DNA from: Candidatus Thioglobus sp.
GTDB taxonomy: Bacteria; Pseudomonadota; Gammaproteobacteria; PS1; Pseudothioglobaceae
Assembly (NCBI GenBank): GCA_012959965.1
Contig: DUCF01000056.1
Location: 11,036-75,035 of the forward strand
Length of the DNA: 64,000 bases
Direction of reading: 5' to 3'
The position numbers were made by a program, and so were the translations under genes. This document shows, one piece after another, positions 19,802-30,621 of this stretch; the first letter of the stretch is position 1; each line of letters begins with the position of its first letter. Under the pieces are notes generated by a model. That model was not told the DNA's origin. It saw nothing but the letters and a program-made list of their open reading frames with translations, and did no database searches.

Positions 19802-20392
19802 ATGGAAAATTCATACAAAAAACGCATGCAAAAGAAAAAAGCCTATATCGATTCTAGGATAGAGGCTGCCAATATTGATAAGGGCATTATTGTCTTATTA
19901 ACAGGCAATGGCAAAGGCAAATCTTCATCCGCCATGGGGATGATCTGTCGCGCGCTGGGTTACGACTTAAAAGTGGGCTTGGTGCGCTTTCTTAAAGGCG
20001 CTCAAGATACCGGTGAAGACTTGTTTCTTAACAATCACGAAAACGTTTCTACAGCCTTAATGGAAAGTGGGTTTACCTGGGACACGCAAGACAAAAAGCT
20101 GGACATTCAAAAAGCGGCTGAAACCTGGAATAAGGCCAAAATATTTCTCCAAGACCCGGCTATTGATTTAGTGGTAATTGATGAATTGACTTACATGATT
20201 AATTACGGCTATCTTGACGAATCAGGCATTCTTGAAATAATCAATCATCGTCCAGAAAATCAGCACGTTGTTATTACCGGTCGAGCGGCAAGTAAAGCCT
20301 TAATCGACATTTCTGATACGGTCAGTGAAATTCAAGATGTTAAGCACGCTTTTAGAGCCAATATCAAGGCGCAAAAAGGCGTTGACTATTAA
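19802..20392 (+). CDS. cobO: cob(I)yrinic acid a,c-diamide (corrinoid) adenosyltransferase
   Basis: CobA/CobO/BtuR pattern: LLTGNGKGKSSSAMG, RFLKG, IDELTY; 196 aa. Confidence 0.85.
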   Translation: MENSYKKRMQKKKAYIDSRIEAANIDKGIIVLLTGNGKGKSSSAMGMICRALGYDLKVGLVRFLKGAQDTGEDLFLNNHENVSTALMESGFTWDTQDKKLDIQKAAETWNKAKIFLQDPAIDLVVIDELTYMINYGYLDESGILEIINHRPENQHVVITGRAASKALIDISDTVSEIQDVKHAFRANIKAQKGVDY

Positions 20393-20395
20393 TGC

Positions 20396-21001
20396 TTAAA
20401 CAATGTAAATCCAAAAAACAAACGCGCCCAATAATGCACCAAAAATTGTATCAACAATATAGTGTTGCTTGGTAAGTAAGCAGCTGATTGCAATAAAAAC
20501 TGGGAACGACCAAATAGCAGTCACAATCGCGGGGTGCAAAGCTGCGCCATTGTTGATCATGTGCAAAGAAGTCATCATTGCAACGCTCACATGCATAGAA
20601 GGGAAGCAATTGCTTGCTGCATCGAAACTCTGCACGTATTTTAGAAATTTTTGAGATTTACCAGGACTCTTGCTAAAATCACGCCAGCGAGCAGGGGTTA
20701 CAATTGGGTAAAAAGTAAAAAATAGTATTTGGATAAAGGCCAGTAATAAAAAATTAGCAACAATATATGCGAACTGCTGGAAGCTGCTAATCGAAAAAAC
20801 CAGACCGATGATCATCGGATAGTACAATCCACTATACAACCAAGCCCAACCGGGGATAAAGGGTATTTTATCGTCTACCCTAGTGCTTAACTCCTTAGGC
20901 TCTTTGAAGGGATGATTTTGTGGAAAAAAATAGAATTGGTAAACACCAACAATTAGAATAATGCTGATGAGTATCATCAACAAAGTATCAAGCGTAGTCA
21001 T
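20396..21001 (-). CDS. PAP2-superfamily membrane phosphatase/transferase
   Basis: Multi-TM protein with FPSMH and QHYIVD motifs, as found in the PAP2 C2/C3 boxes. Confidence 0.55.
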   Translation of the reverse strand: MTTLDTLLMILISIILIVGVYQFYFFPQNHPFKEPKELSTRVDDKIPFIPGWAWLYSGLYYPMIIGLVFSISSFQQFAYIVANFLLLAFIQILFFTFYPIVTPARWRDFSKSPGKSQKFLKYVQSFDAASNCFPSMHVSVAMMTSLHMINNGAALHPAIVTAIWSFPVFIAISCLLTKQHYIVDTIFGALLGAFVFWIYIV

Positions 21002-21090
21002 AAAAATTAGTGCGCCAATTGAATCCCAATAGCAAAGGATGTTAACACACTCAACAAAAAATACGCTCAGAATTGACCATGAATGCCTAC

Positions 21091-22452
21091 TTAGATATTC
21101 TCATTTAAGTGATCTAGCGCCTCAGACAGGCGCTCAACTGCAATTATTTTCATGCCTTTCAGTGGTTTTTTAGGGGCGTTGGCCTTTGGCACGATGGCCA
21201 ACCTAAAGCCTTGTTTTTGCGCTTCTGCAAGCCTCTCTTGAGCGTTGTACACAGGCCTAACTTCGCCAGCAAGCCCAACCTCACCAAAAGTAATCCAATC
21301 TTTGGGAATGACCTTATCATGAAGACTTGAAACAATGGCCAGCATCACCACCAGATCAGAGGCTGTTTCACTGACTTTGATGCCGCCAACGACGTTGATA
21401 AAAACATCCTGATCAAACGTTACAATTCCACCGTGTTTGTGAAGAATAGCCAACTGTAATGCAAGACGGTTTTGATCCATACCAACACAAATTCTCTTTG
21501 GTGCGCCGTTTGCCTGATCCACTAACGCTTGCACCTCAATCAACAAAGGTCGTGTTGCTTCTCGGGTTACCGTCACCATAGAGCCAGGTGCAGATAGGTT
21601 TTCGTTGGAAAGAAAAATCGCCGAAGGATTGGTGATTTGTTGCAAGCCTTTTTCACTCATAGCAAACACACTAATTTCATTCACCGCACCAAAACGATTT
21701 TTAACCGCTCTGATGATGCGGTAGCGACCACCAGCATCGCCTTCAAAATAAAGCACGCTATCAACCATATGCTCTAAGATTCTTGGTCCTGCCAAAGCAC
21801 CGCCCTTGGTCACATGGCCAATCATCAGCATAATGGTCTTTGTTTGTTTTGCGTATTGAGTTAACTGTGCCGCACAATCTCTAACCTGAGTAACAGAACC
21901 GGGCGCAGAGGTCGAGGTGTCACTCACCAAGGTTTGAATGGAATCAATAACAATGACTTTCGGATTCAGATTTTTTGCCGTTTTAAGTATCTTCTCAAGA
22001 TAAGTTTCACTTAGCAATTGCACATCCGCATCAATACCCAGTCTAATAGCTCGATCACTAATCTGCTGTGCCGACTCCTCACCACTGACGTAAAGTGTAT
22101 TTTCGTTTGCATTAATAGAGGCCAAGGCCTGAAGAATCAATGTCGATTTACCAATCCCAGGATCACCACCAATGAGAACCACAGAGCCCTCAACCAAACC
22201 GCCGCCCAAAGTACGATCCAACTCGCTAAGACCGGTTGAAAATCTAACACTTGTCTGAGTTTTAACTTCATTAAGTGATTGCACTTTTGAAGGAGGAAGG
22301 TCTTTTAAACTTTCGGATTGACTAGCCTTGGAGGGCACCACAAAGACCTCTTCCAAAGCGTTCCACTCTTTACATTCCAAGCATTGCCCTGCCCACTGAT
22401 AATGCGTTGCGCCGCAGTTGGAGCAAACAAATTCTACTTTTGTTTTAGCCAT
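21091..22452 (-). CDS. radA: DNA repair protein RadA/Sms
   Basis: Zinc ribbon CSNCG..CLECKEW, Walker A GGDPGIGKST, KNRFG motif, and a Lon-like C-terminal domain. Confidence 0.95.
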   Translation of the reverse strand: MAKTKVEFVCSNCGATHYQWAGQCLECKEWNALEEVFVVPSKASQSESLKDLPPSKVQSLNEVKTQTSVRFSTGLSELDRTLGGGLVEGSVVLIGGDPGIGKSTLILQALASINANENTLYVSGEESAQQISDRAIRLGIDADVQLLSETYLEKILKTAKNLNPKVIVIDSIQTLVSDTSTSAPGSVTQVRDCAAQLTQYAKQTKTIMLMIGHVTKGGALAGPRILEHMVDSVLYFEGDAGGRYRIIRAVKNRFGAVNEISVFAMSEKGLQQITNPSAIFLSNENLSAPGSMVTVTREATRPLLIEVQALVDQANGAPKRICVGMDQNRLALQLAILHKHGGIVTFDQDVFINVVGGIKVSETASDLVVMLAIVSSLHDKVIPKDWITFGEVGLAGEVRPVYNAQERLAEAQKQGFRLAIVPKANAPKKPLKGMKIIAVERLSEALDHLNENI

Positions 22453-22563
22453 AATTTTAAGGAAAGATACAACCTAAAGACAGCACTACTTGAAGGTGTC
22501 TATTAGTAAAAATGAGAGAAAGAAACATATCAAGGCATTATGCCTACCTGACCAACCTAAAGG

Positions 22564-23016
22564 TTACTTTTTCATTAATTTATCTATTTCACTTTTAAAG
22601 GCTTCAATATCTTGAAATTGACGATAAACAGAAGCAAAGCGAATGTAGGCAACCTCATCAAGAGCTTGAAGCTCTTCCATTACCCATTCACCCACCAGTG
22701 ATGAAGGCACTTCACGATCATTTTGCGCCATCAGACGACGCTCAATTTTTTGAATAGCGGTTTCTATTTTTGAGGTTTCGACAGGTCTCTTTTCTAGCGC
22801 TTTAAGCAAGCCAGCGCGTAATTTTTCTTCACTAAAAGACTGTCTAGAATCGTCGCTTTTAATCAAACGAGGAAGATTTAAATCAACGGTCTCCCGAGTA
22901 GAGTGCCTCTCTCCGCAAGAAAGACATTCCCGACGACGGCGCACTTGGGAGCCGTCGTCGAGAAGTCGCGTGTCTAGAACTTTTGTATCATCAGATTGAC
23001 AAAATGGACAGCGCAT
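22564..23016 (-). CDS. nrdR: transcriptional repressor NrdR
   Basis: Zinc ribbon [14 protein letters not shown] plus an ATP-cone. It lies downstream of glyA. Confidence 0.95.
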   Translation of the reverse strand: MRCPFCQSDDTKVLDTRLLDDGSQVRRRRECLSCGERHSTRETVDLNLPRLIKSDDSRQSFSEEKLRAGLLKALEKRPVETSKIETAIQKIERRLMAQNDREVPSSLVGEWVMEELQALDEVAYIRFASVYRQFQDIEAFKSEIDKLMKK

Positions 23017-23031
23017 TTTAAAAGGCCTTCT

Positions 23032-24285
23032 TTAGCCGTATACTGGATGTCTTGCACAAAGTGCTTCAACTTTAGCTCTAACGTCATCAATAACCGTAGG
23101 GTTTTCGATGTCATCACAAATATCACAAATCCAAGTCGCAAGGTCACGACAATCGGCCTCATTAAAGCCCCTTGTTGTGGCTGCTGGTGTACCAACACGA
23201 ATACCACTTGTCACGAAAGGTGATTGTGGGTCGTTAGGTACAGCGTTTTTGTTGACTGTAATGTGTGCAGAGTCAAGTGCCGCATCAACTGCTTTACCTG
23301 TTAAGCCTTGTGAAATGAAGCTCACTAAGAATAAGTGATCGTCAGTACCACCAGAAACAACATCGTAGCCGCGAGCAATGAACGTCTCAGCCATTGCCTG
23401 TGCATTGATAACCACTTGCGTTTGGTAAGCTTTGAAATCTCCACCTAGCGCCTCTTTGAAAGCAACTGCTTTAGCAGCAATAACGTGCATCAAAGGACCG
23501 CCTTGAATACCTGGGAAAATAGCTGCGTTTAGCTTCTTCTCAATTTCTTCATTGGCTCTGGCAAGAATCAAACCACCTCTTGGACCTCTTAGCGTTTTAT
23601 GCGTTGTTGTTGTGACAACGTCAGCAACAGCCATCGGTGATGGGTACAGGCCAGTGGCGATTAAGCCAGCAACGTGCGCCATATCAACGAATAAATATGC
23701 ACCAACTTGATCAGCAATCTCTCTAAAACGACCCCAATCAATTATGCGAGAGTATGCAGAGAAGCCAGCAATAATCATTTTTGGTTTGTGCTCATTGGCT
23801 AGGCGTTCAACTTCATCGTAATCGATTTCGCCCGTTTCCGCTTTCAAACCGTATTGAATTGCATTAAAGTTTTTGCCAGAAAACGAAGGCTTGGCACCGT
23901 GTGTTAAGTGACCACCGTGAGCAAGACTCATGCCAAGAATTGTATCGCCTGGAACGAGAAGTGCTTGGAAAACTGCAGCATTTGCTTGAGAGCCAGAATG
24001 CGGTTGAACGTTGGCATAATCCGCTCCAAACAATTCCTTTGCACGATCAATTGCTAATTGCTCAACAACGTCTACATGCTCACAACCACCGTAGTAGCGC
24101 TTGTAAGGATAGCCTTCGGCATATTTGTTAGTCAACTGGGAGCCTTGAGCTTCCATGACAGCTGGTGATGTATAATTTTCAGAAGCAATTAGCTCAATGT
24201 GAGCCTCTTGACGGGCGACCTCTGCATTTACTGCGTTAGCAATATCAACATCGACAACAGACAAAATTTGAGATTTATCAAACAT
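23032..24285 (-). CDS. glyA: serine hydroxymethyltransferase
   Basis: PLP-Lys motif [16 protein letters not shown]; 417 aa. Confidence 0.95.
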   Translation of the reverse strand: MFDKSQILSVVDVDIANAVNAEVARQEAHIELIASENYTSPAVMEAQGSQLTNKYAEGYPYKRYYGGCEHVDVVEQLAIDRAKELFGADYANVQPHSGSQANAAVFQALLVPGDTILGMSLAHGGHLTHGAKPSFSGKNFNAIQYGLKAETGEIDYDEVERLANEHKPKMIIAGFSAYSRIIDWGRFREIADQVGAYLFVDMAHVAGLIATGLYPSPMAVADVVTTTTHKTLRGPRGGLILARANEEIEKKLNAAIFPGIQGGPLMHVIAAKAVAFKEALGGDFKAYQTQVVINAQAMAETFIARGYDVVSGGTDDHLFLVSFISQGLTGKAVDAALDSAHITVNKNAVPNDPQSPFVTSGIRVGTPAATTRGFNEADCRDLATWICDICDDIENPTVIDDVRAKVEALCARHPVYG

Positions 24286-24555
24286 ACTCTTTTCCTATAT
24301 AAGTGAAAGACGAAAGTGAAATATTTTAACCGATAATGCGCTATACGCCAACTTTACAGTATTCAATTTATCGATTTATAACAGCAGAAACATTCAAAAA
24401 CATTTAATATATCCCTATTAAATTGAACTAATTCTACTCTTGAGCTCTTTGCATAATATTATTTCCTGTTTTGGCGCTGTATTTGTAGAGTTTTGTCATT
24501 TATTTCACGTGATAAAGTAAAATGCATTTTTTTTTATAGTTATACCTATTAAATA

Positions 24556-25827
24556 ATGAAAGTATTAGTTTTAGGTGGCGGTGTTATCGGCACCACTTCA
24601 GCGTATTTTTTAGCCAAGCAAGGGCATGATGTTACTGTTGTTGAGCGTCAAGAAAATGTAGCGCTGGAGACGAGTCACGCAAACGCTGGACAAGTGTCTT
24701 ATGCTTATTCTTCGCCATGGGCCGCTCCTGGTATTCCGTTAAAAGCGATTAAGTGGCTTTTAAGTAAGCATTCGCCTCTAGTTATTAACCCAATGATGAA
24801 CGCTGAAACGATTAAGTTTGCCTACAGAATGCTGAAAAATTGCAACCACAACAGCTACAACATTAATAAAGGACGCATGTTGAGAATTTCCAATTACGCC
24901 AAAGAATGTTTGCGTGAAATTGAACGAGACACCGACATTGAGTACGATCAAAGAAAAAAAGGCTTTTTGCAAGTTCTAAGAACAAACAAGCAGGTGGCAG
25001 ACACGCAAAAAGATATTGCCGTATTAGAGCAATTTGGCACTGAATACAAGGTTTTAGATGTTGAGGGTTGCCTTGAAGCCGAACCTGGACTTAAGCACGT
25101 GAAAGATAAAATTGCAGGTGGTTTGCAATTTGAAGGTGATGCCACTGGTAATTGCCTTAAGTTTACCAATGAATTACAGAAAAAATGCCTTGAGTTGGGC
25201 GTTAGCTTTGAATTTAATATCACCGTTGAATCACTTCTTGTTGATAATAGAAAAATTAGCGCAGTTAAAACCAACAAGGGTGAAATGACTGCTGATAATT
25301 TTGTTGTTGCCATGGGCAGCTATTCTGCCCAATTGCTACGACCTATTGGTATCGACATCCCAGTTTATCCAGTGAAAGGCTATTCAATCACTGTTCCTGT
25401 GCTTAGCGATGAAGATGCACCACAATCAACCGTTATGGATGAAACCTACAAAGTAGCAATTACGCGCCTTGGAAATAATGTCCGGGCAGCGGGCACTGCA
25501 GAATTGACGGGCTATAACTTATCCTTAAGAGAGAAATCACGCGCCACCGTTAGGCACTCGGTAGAGAGTTTGTTTCCCCATGCTGCCGATATGAGCGATG
25601 ACCAATTCTGGACTGGGTTGCGACCAATGACACCCGACGGCACGCCTGTCATTGGCAAAACACCTTTTACAAATCTATTTATAAACACTGGCCACGGAAC
25701 ACTTGGATGGACAATGTCCACTGGCTCTGGAAAATTAATTGCCGATATTGTCTCCGGCAATGAGACAGCGATATCGTTGGACGGTCTAGAAATGAGTAGA
25801 TATCCATACGCCAACAAGGTGACCTAA
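24556..25827 (+). CDS. dadA: D-amino acid dehydrogenase
   Basis: FAD fold MKVLVLGGGVIGTTSAYFLA; 423 aa. It is followed directly by alanine racemase. Confidence 0.9.
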   Translation: MKVLVLGGGVIGTTSAYFLAKQGHDVTVVERQENVALETSHANAGQVSYAYSSPWAAPGIPLKAIKWLLSKHSPLVINPMMNAETIKFAYRMLKNCNHNSYNINKGRMLRISNYAKECLREIERDTDIEYDQRKKGFLQVLRTNKQVADTQKDIAVLEQFGTEYKVLDVEGCLEAEPGLKHVKDKIAGGLQFEGDATGNCLKFTNELQKKCLELGVSFEFNITVESLLVDNRKISAVKTNKGEMTADNFVVAMGSYSAQLLRPIGIDIPVYPVKGYSITVPVLSDEDAPQSTVMDETYKVAITRLGNNVRAAGTAELTGYNLSLREKSRATVRHSVESLFPHAADMSDDQFWTGLRPMTPDGTPVIGKTPFTNLFINTGHGTLGWTMSTGSGKLIADIVSGNETAISLDGLEMSRYPYANKVT

Positions 25828-25829
25828 CT

Positions 25830-26909
25830 ATGGCTAGAGCCTGCATCGCAAGTATTAACCTAGAGGCGATTAAGCGCAATTATTTGTACGCAAAATCGCT
25901 AGCACCCAACTCTCAAGCAATTGCAATTGTTAAAGCCAATGCTTATGGTCACGGCGCCGTTGAAGTTGCGACACACCTTCAAGACACCGTTGATGCTTTT
26001 GGCGTTGCCTGCACTGAGGAGGCTATAGAAATTAGAGGGGCTGGGCTTGAGAAAAAACCCATTTTATTGCTAGAAGGAATGTTTGAGCAATCAGAACTTG
26101 AGCTACTCGAAAAATACCAACTATTGCCAGTCATTGGCAACCAGTCTCAACTGCAGTGGATTTTGGATGCAAAACTCAAAAATCCAACCAAAGTGTTTGT
26201 TAAGTACGATTCAGGCATGAGTCGTTTGGGCTTTCATAAGGGCGAGTTTAAACAAGCCTTAAAAGCGCTCGAAGCTAGCAACAATATTTCCGACATTGTA
26301 TTGATGACGCATTTTTCCAAAGCGGATGAACCTTACGATATTTCCACTCAAAACCAAATAGACAACTTTAACCGAATCGCCAATGAAACCGGCCACCCCT
26401 CTTCGATAGCCAACTCAGCCGGCATTGTCGCCTGGCGCAATTCGCACAAGCAGTACAACCGCCCCGGCATTATGCTTTACGGCTCATCCCCTTTTACTGA
26501 GGCAAGATACCAAAAAAATTTAGTGCCGGCAATGACGCTATCGTCAGTTTTGATTTCAATTAAGAGTTTTAAAAAAGGCCAAGGAATCGGCTATGGATCA
26601 CGCTTTATTTGCAAACAAGACATGCAAATTGGTGTTGTTGCCGTTGGCTATGCTGATGGCTATTCGCGGCATGCAAAAGACGGCACGCCAGTCTTTATCA
26701 ATAACACAAGATCGAGAATAGTTGGCAGAGTGTCAATGGATATGACAACCATCGACTTGACGAATGTACCCAACCCCAAGATTGGTGATCGTGTCGAAAT
26801 GTTCGGTGAAAACATCGGTATTAACGAAGTTGCCGAGTTTTCAAATACGATTTCCTACGAAATACTCACCAAGATTACTAAGCGTGTTTATATAAATTAC
26901 ATTACATAA
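25830..26909 (+). CDS. alr: alanine racemase (catabolic, DadX-like by context)
   Basis: PLP-Lys motif AIVKANAYGHG and C-terminal SYEILTKI. Confidence 0.9.
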   Translation: MARACIASINLEAIKRNYLYAKSLAPNSQAIAIVKANAYGHGAVEVATHLQDTVDAFGVACTEEAIEIRGAGLEKKPILLLEGMFEQSELELLEKYQLLPVIGNQSQLQWILDAKLKNPTKVFVKYDSGMSRLGFHKGEFKQALKALEASNNISDIVLMTHFSKADEPYDISTQNQIDNFNRIANETGHPSSIANSAGIVAWRNSHKQYNRPGIMLYGSSPFTEARYQKNLVPAMTLSSVLISIKSFKKGQGIGYGSRFICKQDMQIGVVAVGYADGYSRHAKDGTPVFINNTRSRIVGRVSMDMTTIDLTNVPNPKIGDRVEMFGENIGINEVAEFSNTISYEILTKITKRVYINYIT

Positions 26910-26915
26910 TTCAAA

Positions 26916-27266
26916 ATGAAAATATCAAGATTCGAAACAAACGATCGCATGAGTCGTGCAGTTATACACAACAACACTCTATACCTCTGTGGCCAAGTTG
27001 CTGCCGATGCAGAGGCGGATATTAGTGAGCAAACACAAACAATGCTGGACAAAGTAGAGTCCCTATTAAACAACTATGAAAGCTCCAAAGAACACATTCT
27101 TTCAGCGACAATCTACCTCAAATCAATGTCTGACTTTGGCGCCATGAACAGCGTTTGGGAGGCGTGGGTTCCTGAGGGTTTTGCGCCTGCAAGAGCCTGC
27201 ATTAGCGCCTCAATGGCAAGAGAAGCGCTTTTGGTTGAAATCTCTGTCGTTGCGGCGACTAAATAA
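26916..27266 (+). CDS. RidA/YjgF-family reactive-intermediate deaminase
   Basis: 116 aa with YjgF-like spacing (..[14 protein letters not shown].., C-terminal LVEISVVA). It is the third gene after dadA-alr. Confidence 0.75.
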   Translation: MKISRFETNDRMSRAVIHNNTLYLCGQVAADAEADISEQTQTMLDKVESLLNNYESSKEHILSATIYLKSMSDFGAMNSVWEAWVPEGFAPARACISASMAREALLVEISVVAATK

Positions 27267-27305
27267 CAACCCGGGCCCTACAGTTCTTTATTTTGGGATT
27301 TTTAC

Positions 27306-28415
27306 TCAACTGACCACGTGTGTCGACAACTGCTTTTCTAGCAATCGATATAGAATTCTAGGCCCATCGGCATCTATATAACAACCTTGTAAGTGACGCT
27401 CGCCTTCGCTTGTACAAAAGCCCGTTCTACCATGCAGTACCCTGTTGTTATCGAACATCATCAATTCACCGGATTGCAAACGGAAGCTTATAGCGAACTC
27501 GGGATCTGATAATAACTCACCCAAACGTTTGCGCGCTTTATGGTATTTTTTCGTTTTCTCTTCACTCATCAACGGAATGTAATCCAATCGAGGCGAATAA
27601 TGAATTTCACTAACCTTGCCATGACTATCAAGGCTAATAAGTGTGCGTTCTTTCTTAATAATGGCGTTGTGGTCAATAAACTCAAAATACGTAGGCACAG
27701 TGCTTAGCAATTTGAAATACTCTTCTGACTCTCCTCGCAACTTCTCGCACACCGCAAAGCCGTCGACCAATGTCGAGCGACCACCCTCACCTGCGTCGTT
27801 AATAAGACTGTGTAGCAATTGAATACCCGGCACAGGTTGGCGATAGGGATTGTCAGTATGCGGGTCAAGAGGTTCAGATGAATAGGCTAAATCGTTAGCA
27901 TCTTTTTTAGAATAAACCTCAAAATATTGGCCGAAATTGGTCGTTCTAATGTGGCCAAATTTTGATGCGACCTCGATTATTGCATCCTTTTCAGCAGGTA
28001 CATCCGTTAGTAATACGTAGCCGTGTGTTAAATACTGATGTACCACCGAATGCAAGTACGACTCATCACTGACGATTTGGCTCCATGAAAAGTAGATTTT
28101 CTCATCTTGAGCATCCCACTGGATCGGCTCAGGGATGCAGTCCTTGGCGAACAATTCGGCTCTCAAGTGATCTAAATCAAGCGTTTCACTGTGATTATCA
28201 TTAAACGTTAAACTCACTGTTTGATCGTCATTAATCTTAACGTCAATCAAAGACAGATCATCACTCAGCTGGTGAGGGTTAAACAAGCGCTGGCTCGAGC
28301 GCTGATCAAAGATTGATTCATGGCGACAGCGCTCCATTAACCAAAGCGCAGGCAGGATTGTTTCCTTGCCGTTAATAAGTGTCACTAGTTGATTATTGTT
28401 GTTAACTCGAAACAT
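27306..28415 (-). CDS. gamma-butyrobetaine hydroxylase/TmpA-like Fe(II)/2-oxoglutarate dioxygenase (stand-alone paralog)
   Basis: N-terminal GBBH-like domain, then a TauD-fold core with HTDNPYRQPVPGIQLLH (HxD) and NNRVLHGRTGF (distal His/Arg). I prefer the Met at 28415 (MFRVNNN, GAAGGG upstream) over the track start at 28463. Confidence 0.75.
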   Translation of the reverse strand: MFRVNNNNQLVTLINGKETILPALWLMERCRHESIFDQRSSQRLFNPHQLSDDLSLIDVKINDDQTVSLTFNDNHSETLDLDHLRAELFAKDCIPEPIQWDAQDEKIYFSWSQIVSDESYLHSVVHQYLTHGYVLLTDVPAEKDAIIEVASKFGHIRTTNFGQYFEVYSKKDANDLAYSSEPLDPHTDNPYRQPVPGIQLLHSLINDAGEGGRSTLVDGFAVCEKLRGESEEYFKLLSTVPTYFEFIDHNAIIKKERTLISLDSHGKVSEIHYSPRLDYIPLMSEEKTKKYHKARKRLGELLSDPEFAISFRLQSGELMMFDNNRVLHGRTGFCTSEGERHLQGCYIDADGPRILYRLLEKQLSTHVVS

Positions 28416-28604
28416 TTTTTTCAAACCCTTCGTAAGAAGCAAAAAAAGTCGCATTTTATGCACACTAAAGCTCCTTGTCTAATCGAATAATCAATAGCTG
28501 TTATTGTATAATTTAATCTTAGTTTAAACTGCTTAATATAGAATAGTTTCGCCTGAATTTAGGCGGTGATATAATCCATCAAACAACCATTACTCGAGAG
28601 CCTC

Positions 28605-29219
28605 ATGCCAGCAGAAATACGCAAAACATTACTCCACGTTGAAAAAACTTTTATTGAAGGTGGCAAGGCTGCGGCCACCCCTTTAACGTTAATTGCGGCT
28701 ATTGCCGTTGTAAAAAATCCTTGGCTTGCAAAAGATGGAAACGATATCTTTATCCAAGATTTAAAGCCTGGTATTCATGATGTAGCACCAGGTCTAGGAA
28801 AAATGCTAAGCGACATGGTAATAAACGAAGCTGGCTCAGGTGAAATCATCGAAGGCTACGGCAAATCAGCTGTTGTTGGTTTGCGGGGTGAAATCGAGCA
28901 CGCTTCAGCGCTTATCCATACACTGCGCTTTGGTAACTTTTATCGTGAGGCTGTTGGTGCAAAATCTTATTTGTCATTTTGCAATACTCGGGCTGGCGCC
29001 AATGCACCCATTCTCATTCCATTAATGGATAAAAACGATGCTGGGCGACGCTCACATTACTTAACCATTCAACTGGCCATCCCTGATGCGCCAGCAGATG
29101 ATGAAATTGTAATTGCTCTGGGTGCCTCGATCGGTGGTAGACCACATCACCGTATCGGCGATCGTTACCAAGATCTTAGAGACCTTGGTAACGATGTTGA
29201 TAATCCCGCTAGCGTTTAG
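28605..29219 (+). CDS. 'amino acid synthesis' (AA_synth) family protein, function unknown
   Basis: IRK..E..F.EGGK...TP; EIEHASALIHTLRFGNFYREAVGAKSYLSF; GGRPHHRIGDRYQDL. These are signature blocks of that family as I recall it. Confidence 0.6.
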   Translation: MPAEIRKTLLHVEKTFIEGGKAAATPLTLIAAIAVVKNPWLAKDGNDIFIQDLKPGIHDVAPGLGKMLSDMVINEAGSGEIIEGYGKSAVVGLRGEIEHASALIHTLRFGNFYREAVGAKSYLSFCNTRAGANAPILIPLMDKNDAGRRSHYLTIQLAIPDAPADDEIVIALGASIGGRPHHRIGDRYQDLRDLGNDVDNPASV

Positions 29220-29227
29220 CTTAAAAA

Positions 29228-30490
29228 CTAAACGCCAGTATCCTCTTCTGATTCAGCGGACTCTATTGCCTCTTCAGCAATAACCTCCATTGCAACAGCC
29301 GTTGGTCTGTGCGCCATAATCTGGAATTGAGATTGATCCGACTCTTCAACATCTTGATGAATAAACATCATAAAGATAACGACAAGTCCGATTGCAAAAT
29401 GCACTAAGCCCAAATAAAGCAAAAATCCTGTCTCGTCAAACACATCAAGAAAATAACTCATTGTAAAAGGCCCAAGTGCTGCAAATACACCGTACACCAA
29501 TACAATCGTGCCACTGGCACCAATCATTTGTTTAGGCTCCAAACGGTCATTAGCCTGCGCAACACCTAAAGCATACAAAGGCAAAGTGCTGCCGCCTATT
29601 AAGCCACTCAATATTAAAAATACCGGCGTTGAAAACTCGAAGAGGTGCAATACAGTACAAATTGTAATAACGCTGGCACAGCATAACAAAATAACTTTTC
29701 TTCGGTCAATCTGATCCGACAACCAGCCGAGTGGCCACTGAAAGATTGCGCCAAAACCAACAAAAAGCGTCATGAAAAGTGCTGTCTCTGGAATGGATAA
29801 ACCCACTTTAATCGCATAAATAGTACCCAGGCCAAAAAATGCTGCAGAGGCAAGCGCCGAAATACCGAGTGTTGCTACGCCTGAAGGGGATGCCCTCCAT
29901 AAGGCACGCACGCCGAGCGACTCCTGGTCCTCAATAGTAGGCGACTCAATTCTAGTTAACAAAACCGGAATCAAAGAAACCGAAAGCAAAATGGATGCCA
30001 ATAAGAATAAATTAACGCCGGCCGGATCGTCAACAACAAATAAACTTTGGCCCAAGGCCAAACCACCCCAAACCACAACCATGTGAATGGAGAAAATCTG
30101 CCCTCGGTTTTTATTGTTGGAGATTGAATTAAGCCAGCCCTCAACAATAATCATAATGCCGGCAATGCAAAATCCAGACAACAGTCTAGAAACAAACCAA
30201 ACAAATTCGTCAATAAATAAAATTTGGATCAAAATAGCTGTCGAAGCCAATGATGCAAAAGCAGCGTAAGTACGAATATGACCAGTTTTTCTAATTTGTT
30301 TTGGCGACAAAATAGCACTGGTCAGGGACCCAACAAAATAGCCCGACATTACCCAACCAATGGTAATAATGGAGAAGCCCTCAGCTTCCGCTCGCCAGCT
30401 ACTCAAAGTGCCCTGCAGGCCGTTACCCAAACTGATAAACAAAACCCCTAGAAACAAAGGCCAAGTTGTTAGAAGAACTTTTTTTAGCAT
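29228..30490 (-). CDS. MFS transporter
   Basis: 420 aa with ~12 predicted TM helices and an acidic C-terminal tail. Confidence 0.8.
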   Translation of the reverse strand: MLKKVLLTTWPLFLGVLFISLGNGLQGTLSSWRAEAEGFSIITIGWVMSGYFVGSLTSAILSPKQIRKTGHIRTYAAFASLASTAILIQILFIDEFVWFVSRLLSGFCIAGIMIIVEGWLNSISNNKNRGQIFSIHMVVVWGGLALGQSLFVVDDPAGVNLFLLASILLSVSLIPVLLTRIESPTIEDQESLGVRALWRASPSGVATLGISALASAAFFGLGTIYAIKVGLSIPETALFMTLFVGFGAIFQWPLGWLSDQIDRRKVILLCCASVITICTVLHLFEFSTPVFLILSGLIGGSTLPLYALGVAQANDRLEPKQMIGASGTIVLVYGVFAALGPFTMSYFLDVFDETGFLLYLGLVHFAIGLVVIFMMFIHQDVEESDQSQFQIMAHRPTAVAMEVIAEEAIESAESEEDTGV

Positions 30491-30621
30491 AATGAGTATT
30501 TTTGCTGTTAAATTAAGTCAAATAATCGCATACAAAGCCTTGAAATATAGAACTTTTTATACGCTTCAGAAATTTTCAAAACGCGGATTTTATACTATTA
30601 TTCTAACGAATTTTCAGAATT

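Noticed and set aside
24501-24516. parS-like palindrome TATTTCACGTGATAAA in the glyA/dadA spacer.
   Set aside because: It has three mismatches to the TGTTTCACGTGAAACA consensus, including the outer arms. It lies 11 kb from parAB. AT-rich spacers easily produce such partial matches.
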